A stretch of 64,000 nt of DNA from Calonectris borealis (lineage: Eukaryota). The stretch lies in contig NW_027441456.1 in NCBI RefSeq assembly GCF_964195595.1, positions 744,127 through 808,126 on the forward strand. Direction: 5' to 3'. The position numbers and the translations under genes are program-made. Shown here piece after piece: positions 55,101 to 64,000 of the stretch; the stretch's first letter is position 1; each line of letters starts with the position of its first letter. The notes below the pieces were generated by a model. The model did no database searches. It had not been told where the DNA came from and was given only the letters and a program-made list of their open reading frames with translations.

Positions 55101-58100
55101 TTTAAAAAAACTCAACTAACAGGATCTGTTAGAAATGAGTTTCTGCAGGAAGAAAGCAAAGACCTGTAAGCACCAACGTTTCTATGGCTGTGCCTACTTC
55201 CACAGTAGATACAATAGGTATTATTGTATCTATACAAAATGACTGCTAATATAATATGCAAAAACCCCCAAAGGTGCCTGCATTAGGTATAGAAGAACTC
55301 TGCAAACTTGGTCTTCTAGCAAGACAGAAGTAGCTCAAGTTTAATCCCAAGACCAGAAAAGCATTAGGACTTTCAATGTTAACCTTTTCTTGGGGCATTC
55401 TGAAGAGAAAAAGGTCTTCCCATGAGCTCCTTAGAAATTAAAAAAAACATTTTAACACCCCCAAAACACTTTCCAACTGACAGAGCAGAAGACATCCCCT
55501 ACCCCACCAGTGTGGAGAATGTACCTGCTTACAAAGAAACAGAAAGCTACGTGAGTTGTTAACACATCTGTGGAGAAAGGAGAAGACATGGACAGCTGTA
55601 ATAAAAATAGCTACAATTTCCCCCTGACCTTTGACAAACAAGCAGCCAAGTGTTCTATAGGAGGTGTGCTGAGGTCTCCTAACACTTTTAATTTTATCTG
55701 ACCAGCACCCTTGAAAGACACGATCTTAATTTGCCACTTTACTTGGACAATCTCAATTATTTCCATTTGAAACTAGACAGAACAGACCAGCTACATAAAC
55801 CATAACATGCTCTCGACCGCAGGGAAAATCCATACCACCAGCCTCTTCATAATGTTACCCCAAAAATCTTCCTCCTCCTTCACCTGGACAAATGCCAATG
55901 AGAGGATTTATTCAGCGGGTGGGCTGGCACGGAACAGACATTGGGGTGTACGGATTCTTAATAGTAATTTCTGGCTCATTTACATCAGGCAAAAGCAGCA
56001 AGTGTTGAAGACTAATTAACCTACGGTGGTCTCTAGAAGCTTACAAATTGTTGCTTTTTTTTTTTAATAGTATTTTTACAGATATCTTCTAAGCGGTCCT
56101 GTGAGAAACAATTTGCATGGCATGTGTTTTGGGAACCAGAATTATGTGAGGAACAGCAACTGACCACAGTGCGGGATGTCGCAGTGCAAGTGCAATATAA
56201 AACATCATGTGCTCCCCAAGTAAGCCTTCTAAAGCAACCTCACCCTATCCTTTCCCTCTACTTAAACTGCAACTTAAACTGCAGCTCTGCAAAATGCTTA
56301 CAGCTGGGTCACAAGTTACCTTCAGATGAGAAAAAACACTTTTTCAGTTGAAGATTTCCATTAAGGAAACTTTATTTAGTTAAGGATTATTTACTATGTC
56401 TCCTGGTCTGTCAGCAAATCCTCCAGTCTCCCCACTTGGCAAGCCACAATAAAGTTTCTCTCCGTCAATCTAATGTAACCTGCCAATCACCTCCAGAGAT
56501 GCTCGCACCTACCATGAATAAGGCACATCAGGTAAATGGCAAAGAGGGAAGCAGAACATTAGCTGGTTTTGTTTTAAACATGACCTTGGAAATTGTACTG
56601 GTGATTCTGCAAACGACTAGCTCTGCTATTGTAATACTGTTGCAGAGTTTCTTCGTGGTAAAAGAAAAGGAAGTTTGTAGATGCAGTCTTTTTAGACGAC
56701 CTCTTCCCTTCTTCAAGAAACAAAAATGCAAGAATGTGATTCTGAAACAGCCTTCACCTTCTATGGGAGAGGCTAAAAATCCACAGAAGCTTTTTCATGA
56801 GTAATTTTTCAATTTTTTGGGAAAAAAAAGTATCTGTTGGTTGATTATCCATTTGTCAGAGGAGTTTATTCCAGGTTACACAATTTCCTTCTGTGACTAC
56901 TATTATACCTGGGATTAACATCCAGTAAAACAGTAATTTTTCTACAAATCCTAAAGAAGAGAATGCCCAATGACAAAAATATTCAGGCCCTGATTTAACA
57001 GGCTACTGGTTCAAGTAGTCAGCAAGACATACTTCAGTACATATACTTTCCTAACTGAGGCCTCAAACGAAGAGTAGCTAAAGACTGCGGTGACAAGTGT
57101 TAGTGACAAAATAAAGAATCAAAACAAAAGCTAGTTTACAAAGCATTTCATAAAAGCCTTGACATTTTCCACAGATTCTTCAAATTTAGAAAAAATAATC
57201 TCTGTTGAGCTCTGAACAAACAAAAGCAATCATCTAATACCTTCTCTGGTCACCCGTTGAGTCCTCCAGAAGGTACCTGACGTTCACAAAGCCACCAACC
57301 CAGCAAGTCAACATTTATTAGTAGCAACCAGTCTGTTACAGCCAGTAATCCTGTGACACAACAGATCCAAAATTACAGAAATAAGCTTGTATTGAAAAAG
57401 CTAAGTATAGTTTAGCACACTAAATGCAGGAAGATCTCAAAGCAGGAATCCAGTCCTGCACCCATGATGCAAAATAAGCAGGCATCTCACCTTTTAGTTT
57501 CAAGTGAGTTTTACTTTTCCATTAGATTAATATTGCTTTTGTATAAAAGTTCCAGTTACACAATGTAATTACAGAATGGTAATGTTTAACTAATATATTA
57601 CACCAGTACAAAGTCTGGAAAAAGATCCTGAAAGATCAGGCAGAGCGCTACTGTTTTCTTTAAACAAAACCCACAGAGTACTCAAACTGCCTTCTGTAGG
57701 CTGGATACGGCCTTTAGGACGAGTCTGCATCCAGCCTCTGGTTTGATCCTGTATATTCCTCGTACCCTAAGGTTCACAGGGGGCAAGGTACAGACCAAAT
57801 GGAGAGTTAACCCTGATCATTAATGTTCCTGGCAATCGTACGTACATCTACCACAAGGCTTATTTACAGCGTGTCACGTAACACATAGGCATTGACAAAT
57901 CCTTCTATTTTCCCTGGGAAATAACATTTGCGGTGCTTCTGGCCACATCTCGGGCAGTCACTAGGAAAGCACAAATTGCAGGAAACCACAGTATCAACTG
58001 AAGCCTGCTCATAATCACCTTCCCCTGATAAGAACCTCCCCCAAAAACCCCAACAAACAAACAACAAAAACAGAAGCACAGACATCAATAGGGATGTGCC

Positions 58101-59649
58101 TATCCAAGAATCCTGCAAAGTACAAGTAATATTCCCAGAAGATTTTTGAACTGCTGTGCAGGCAAAGTAGTGGCCATTTACAGCATTTTAAGGAGTATGT
58201 GAATATACATAACAAATCTAACCTTCCAGGAAATGCCAACTGCAAACACAAAAAAAAAATGTACAATCCTAACAGAAAACATAACATCATTGCTTTTTTT
58301 CCTTGAAAAGCAAATCTGAACACCTGACTGTCAATTGCGATCAAAGGAAGAGGTGGTGTGACCCTTCCAACAGTCTGGATGTGCAGGCAGGACCAAACAC
58401 TGGCTGGGAATCAAGAATACGCACGCTCATCAAGACAGGCTGGTGAACTTTACCTCCAAATCTCTACATCAGCATTTGCTAACGCTGTTCAACTTTGGGT
58501 ATCCAGAGCTGCACCCAGTTAACGTGAAAGCACCTCCTAGGAGCAGCCGGGATTAAGCCAAGAACTATACCTCTGCCACACGCAAATGGAAGAAAACTCA
58601 AACTGTGCTCCCTTCTCCCTCTGCTGGCTCAGAGTTTGTGACAGGAATTGGACTCCACACTTTGGAAAAGCTCCAAGCTCGCAGCCAAAACAAACTGCAG
58701 TTCCCTGGGTCTCAGAGTAATTCTAGAGCCACAGTGGTGATACACATCAACTCTAGATCAGATAATACATGCCAGCACTCATCACTGACCCAAGAAGGCA
58801 ACCTCCTCCTGCCCTACCCAAGGCTTTCAAATGCAACACGCCTTCTTCCTAGAACAGGACCCTACCCTATTGATTTCTAACACCATTAATATATTTCTTC
58901 CTCGAGATGGGACTAGAGAGTCACTACGCAAGCAATCAAGCCACCGCTTGGATGCACTGGAGCCTTTGGGGTATTGTTCTTCCCCACGGCTTCCATGACA
59001 AGGAAAATGAGAGACAGGATAGATGGGGAGAAGTTTAACTTACAGTGGAGAAAGCTACGGTGAACAAATAAGATTGAGACTAAGTCCTTTTTCTCAGGGG
59101 AAAAGTACACACCCAAGAAATAATTGCTCAACAGACCAGTAGCATTTTCAAGTTACACAGGAACAAAGAAGATTTGACAAACACAACAGAAGAACCAGCT
59201 ACCACAACACTACTTTTGTATAGGAGTACTAAAGTGTAAACACACGACACAAAAAATGTATCTATTGCATATAGAGAGTTTATAGAAATATTTCATCATT
59301 ATTTAGTTATATACTATAAGAGACAGTCATATATTTCCGTGTCTATAAACACCTATAAAATCCAAACCTTTACTCTTCCTTTGGCCATACACATCTTTCA
59401 CCTCAACGTACACCAAGAACAATTCGTAAAACCCAAACGTAATTATCTACAAGATTCCAGTAAAACCTGTACCTAAGAAACATTTCAGAGACACTGCTAC
59501 AAATTTCGTGAAGAATGCAGACAAAATCACCAGTAAAGGAAGATTAAAAGCACAATGTTCCCACATCTGAATTTTTTTTTTTTTAGGAGATGGATCCTGG
59601 AGTTTTGCACGTTAGATTATTTTTTAATAAGGTTCTGAAATAGTTTTTG

Positions 59650-61600
59650 CCATTGGTACCCAACAGCGCCCGCTTCCCAAGTCTGCAATCATCGAGATCG
59701 GTAACTGCAAGGGGTTGTTTCTACAGTTACCCATCGCATTTACCTGGATGTGCTGAGGGTCGACACAAGACGAGGATCAGGACCCGCGCTGGCACTCACT
59801 GCACCACACCTGCGCTGGCACGATCTGACGAGTGCCAGAATTTCATCTGTCTTCATTCGGCGCAGCCGTCCCACGCCATCCGCTGCTGTCTGCCCCCAGC
59901 AAACACTGCTCGTCCTCACACACTCCGGCAGACTGCGCCCCGAAGCAGGGCATTATTTTAGTTCTGAATCGGGTAAGCACAGCATCAAAACAGAGCAATG
60001 AAAAAGCCTTCGTTAACATTTACAGAGTTGGCAGCGCGTCAAATCTTTTCTATCCCATTAACAACTTGGGGTGTACTACCCACTCACGCGCATTACCTGC
60101 ATCATGCATGCCTGTACGTACGTATGCATACGTACGGGCACGTGTGCCTGTATATAACTACGCTACTACGTTTCCTTCCCCCCCGCCTCTATTTTCTGGT
60201 CCAGAAGTATCAAGCTCCATGTCCAGTGAAACACAGGCGAGTAGTGAGGCACCAATTCACTTCAGGTCATCGGCTATCACCTTGGCATCCAAACTAACAC
60301 TCACATCACCACCCCAACGACTCTCAAAAGTAACAAGACCAACGTTTCATGAAACTCGCTGCCAAGTGCCAAAGCTGCCACAATCTGAAGGGGCACTACG
60401 AAGGGAATTCTCATGAGCGTATCTATCTATCTTTCCCATTGTTTACCTACGCCACCCGCAAGCGTTATTTTCTGATGCAGTACTTAACCTGCATGTTTTC
60501 AGCACAGCAACAACAATCATAAGCGATAGTGCCTCCAGTTCTTTTGGGGACACTAAAAAATAACGGAAATTTTTTCCCTGCTCCAGACATAACCAGTTCC
60601 TGACATTTTCCACCTCCAGGAACTGGAGTCCAGTTGCTGGGGGCTACATCTGCTCACCCACAACTAGAAACCCAACGCTGGTTGCAGTGTTTATCAACGC
60701 GAGCAAGCGCAGAGCAGTGCTGCGGCCAGACTCAGTATGTCCTCCTCCCAGGGGAGCCTCGTGGAAACACAGCGACAGCCTCCTTGCAGGTAAAGGAGCG
60801 AGAAGCTCGCTGCCCAGGTCTCAGAGCAATTCGAGAGCTAAACCAACCATCTGCAGATTTAGATCACACAACACACGCCAACACCCATCACAGGCCCAGG
60901 GGAATTAACACAGCAGCTCCCTCTGTACATCACGGGGCACGGCAGGGCAAGGGAGGAGCAGCTGGGGAGCACGCTCCCAACCCCTAACTCTCCACAAGAG
61001 AGTGAGGGCTGTTACCCTTACTAAAAGCACAGCTCAAGCCAGTCCATACTCACACAGTCACCTTCCCTCGGCCCATACAAAGCTCTACAGGCCACGTGCT
61101 TCTCCAAAAGCAACGTGCTCCGGCATCAGGTTTTCTCATCGCGTCCTCTCGCGGCGTCACCTTCAAAAAACAGCAACAAAACATTAGTGGTGGCGTCAGC
61201 TCGGCGGGTTTCCCTGCCCGGGGGCAATTCGGGCAACTCACCGGCGGCAAGTGCCTGTCGGACACAGACCTTTCTCCGTCCACCCTCACCACGGGCACGT
61301 TGCCTGCCTCGCTTCCCGGCCTGGCGAAGCCCTCTCTGGGGAAACCTCCCGACCAGGCTGAGGTCAACCACCACCTCGCCACTGACCGCCCCAACCAGCA
61401 GAAGACCCAGACCCCGCTGAGGGGGCCCGACGCAGACCCCGAGGCCTCCCGGGGGCAGGCGGCCACCCAGGGCCGCTGCAGCAGGGTCCTGCCGGGCGCT
61501 GCCTCCTGCCCTGCCCCGCGGCGTGACGCTGCAACGCCTTCATCAAGAACCATCTCCAATTCTCTCAAAACCCTTGTGCTATCTGTTCTGACACCACTAC
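59650..61600. promoter_or_regulatory. CpG island in otherwise AT-rich DNA. Candidate promoter with a possible minus-strand first exon.
   Basis: CpG-dense 59,650-59,950 and 61,130-61,560. The minus strand reads ...CTTGCCGCCG|GTGAGTTGCCC at ~61,236-61,250, a strong splice-donor consensus. Confidence 0.3.
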
Positions 61601-64000
61601 CTGAAGAACCTTCCTACTCTGTTTGCAAGCTGAAACACACTCCTACAAGCTGCTCCCTTCTTCTCATAACTGAACAGACTCACAGAACCATTTAGGTTGG
61701 AAGGGACTTCTGGAGATCATCTAGTCCAAACCCAGGGAAGGAATTCTGCAACATCTTTTTAGTTTTATTTTAAAAAATGAGGGGATGTGTAATACATTCA
61801 ATAATTATTTCATTCTTATTTCATGATCTGAGATCAAATCCATTTTGAAAGATTACATCGCACTACCTACACACAAGGACTCGTGACCTACGACTGCTGT
61901 GCTTAGGCACCCTTTTCAGCCAAAAGGGTACACAGGCCGCTGAAGAGTAAAGCCTGTAATTAGACACAAATACTGATTGCACACGCAACAGCATCCTCCA
62001 TCATAAGCAGCCAAAAGACAGCCGTTACAATGAAATAATGTAACTCGCTCATTCATCAATCATAGGAAGGTACAACAGGAGAATTACATCAACGCCATTT
62101 CCAAAACGGTCATTTTAGTCACATCATAGATTTGTAACAGTCCCTTACCTTACTCCATCGCTGATCTACTATTGTGTGCTTTTCAACTGACTTGCTAAGG
62201 GGAAGACCTTCTTCTGGCAGGAAAATTGGCCATCTCATGGGCTAGGTCATGACTTTTTAAAAGCAAACAGAAAATTCTAGAGATGGGGAAGTGCTTTAAG
62301 CCCACCAATGCCTCCTCTTCACCTCTAACAGAGAGGTGGTTTGCCAGCTTCCCAAATAGCCGGGACTTTCCAGACCTTTCTAGGCTGGGAAGAAGGAAGG
62401 CTGCCTAACTTCCATTACTTAATACCTGTTTGGGTTGATTTTGGTTTTCTTCTTCCCTCCCCAAATTATAACCTCCCGAGTCTCTACCCGGCTGCTCAGA
62501 TCTGTCGACCTCTTTGCTCATTTACTGCAACTAAGGGGCAGGCACTGGGCAAACAAGGAAGGTACATCAACGGGCATCACCGATGGATCTGTGACCAGCA
62601 CACCCCGCTGCGATACAGGGGACACCTGCACCACGTCGGAGCGGGACGGGGGAACACCCTCACCGTCAGCTAAAGCACTGTGACACCACCGCCGCTCTTC
62701 CTCCTCCGCCGAGCACTGAGCCAGGGACCCGGGGACCTTTTCAAGTCAGTCTACATTCTGATTCTTGTACCGTGCACTAATTATGAAGCATTTGACCACA
62801 TCTGCAGAGGGTCCAGGTGACTGAAAACTCTAAGGCACTGAAAACTCAGGTAATGGGAAAGCTACGCTCAGTGCTAGAAAAGGCCGGCTGGCAATACGCT
62901 ACGCTGATTGCTAAAGTCTTTCTAGAATAATAAAGCTCTAAGTGTAACTGCAACCCTCTGGCCAGTTCTCAGTCTACCGAGGAGCCTTAACATCAAAAGC
63001 CTGGCTGCCCCCATGGCATCGGGCAGTGTCGCGCAATACAGATTCGGAAAGGAACTTTTATAGGCAGGATGTGATGCTGCCCAATTTAAAACATCTCCAT
63101 ACAAACAAAACCTCACCCGTGCTGCACAAGATTCAGAACCAAATCCTCCATACGGGAAAAAAACAAATCCTGCCGCTTTCCCCACATCAAGAGCACCCAG
63201 TTTGCCCTGCAAGGCACAACAGCAACTAATGCACCCTATATCCTAACCAAGCTCAGTCCTGCAGAAGCTTCAGCAGTGCTGATGAGAAGACACTGTACTT
63301 GTGCAAGTGATGATATAGGTCTTACCAGAAGAGCCGGGATTGCTGCAGCACAGAGGGAGAACCTCACAGCTCTTTCTCCTAGAATGTAGGGGGGTAGGGA
63401 AGGAAATAAGTTGGTTTTCTTTTTTTAACAACAACAAAAACACGTTCAAATCACCATTGAAAATATGGAACAAACTGCTGAAAGCCCAGGTTTTATATTG
63501 AACAAAAAACCCCCTAACTACAAAGCGCCCCTCTACTGTTTCCTCTTCCACCCCACGGGTAATTTCCTCAACAGTCAACAAGTGCACATCACAACTCCAG
63601 TGATCGGCGTGCTAACTGCGCATAAAAGAAAACAAATTCTTTTCCGCTGGTGGATATCTCCAGGTATATATCCAAATAAACTCCAATAGTGTCACTGGCA
63701 CAGAGCTATGTGACCTTTAACTTTACCTGTAGTGCCCTACTGGGCGGCTGCAGAGCTGTGGACTCAGAAATACCGGGGCACAACTCTTGGCCCACCTGAA
63801 ACGTTCCCGGCTCTCTCGGCTATCTGGGCAGAAGGAGAAACTATGCCGGGTTTTAGAGCAAGACTGCCTAGCGCTGCAAATTTTCTTTTGCACACTCGCA
63901 CCCGGAAGCTAAGCCAGAAGAAGCCACACCTGCAGATGAGGGACTGCTGGGCATGTCCACACCAACAGACCTCTCCTAACACACACTTCCAGCAATTAAC

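Noticed and set aside
1-64000. A prokaryotic defence or other novel gene system
   Set aside because: The intron-exon gene structure, CR1 LINEs, ERVs with LTRs/PBS/PPT, CpG islands and minisatellites all indicate a vertebrate chromosome. There is no operonic organisation.

Overview
This is vertebrate nuclear DNA, most consistent with a bird (CR1 LINEs, very GC-rich minisatellite-filled introns, avian-type ERVs). It is not a prokaryotic locus: there are no operons and no CRISPR. The main contents are as follows.
(1) Positions 1 to ~4,675: the 3' part of an internally deleted betaretrovirus-like endogenous retrovirus (ERV) on the + strand. It has a frameshifted gag capsid-nucleocapsid (CA-NC) region with an MHR and one zinc knuckle, a dUTPase remnant, an open integrase ORF, an open env SU ORF ending shortly after an RHKR furin site, a PPT and a 3' LTR. 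Protease, RT, RNase H and env TM are missing.
(2) CR1 LINE 3' fragments at 6,172-6,703 (+) and ~40,582-41,125 (-).
(3) An extreme CpG island at ~6,800-7,870.
(4) Avian LTR-like interspersed repeats at ~11,745-12,360 and ~41,200-42,060.
(5) The complete coding region of major vault protein (MVP) on the + strand: 16 coding exons from 26,244 to 37,447, with AATAAA at 37,515. The exons were identified by clear homology to vertebrate MVP and have canonical GT/AG splice sites. Virtually every intron is filled with GC-rich tandem minisatellites, and the ATG lies at the end of a ~21-bp minisatellite array.
(6) A nearly full-length gammaretrovirus-like ERV at 43,877-52,127 (+). It has 569/571-bp LTRs with ~1% divergence, a tRNA-Pro primer-binding site, a 5-bp target-site duplication GAGAC, and gag-pro-pol-env all present but frameshifted.
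(7) AT-rich host DNA from 52 to 64 kb containing a CpG island at ~59.65-61.6 kb.
The long ORFs in the six-frame track across 6.8-7.9 kb and 23.6-37.3 kb are artefacts of GC-rich low-complexity sequence. I found no evidence for a novel defence or metabolic system. The points of interest are the organisation of the ERVs and the MVP gene.
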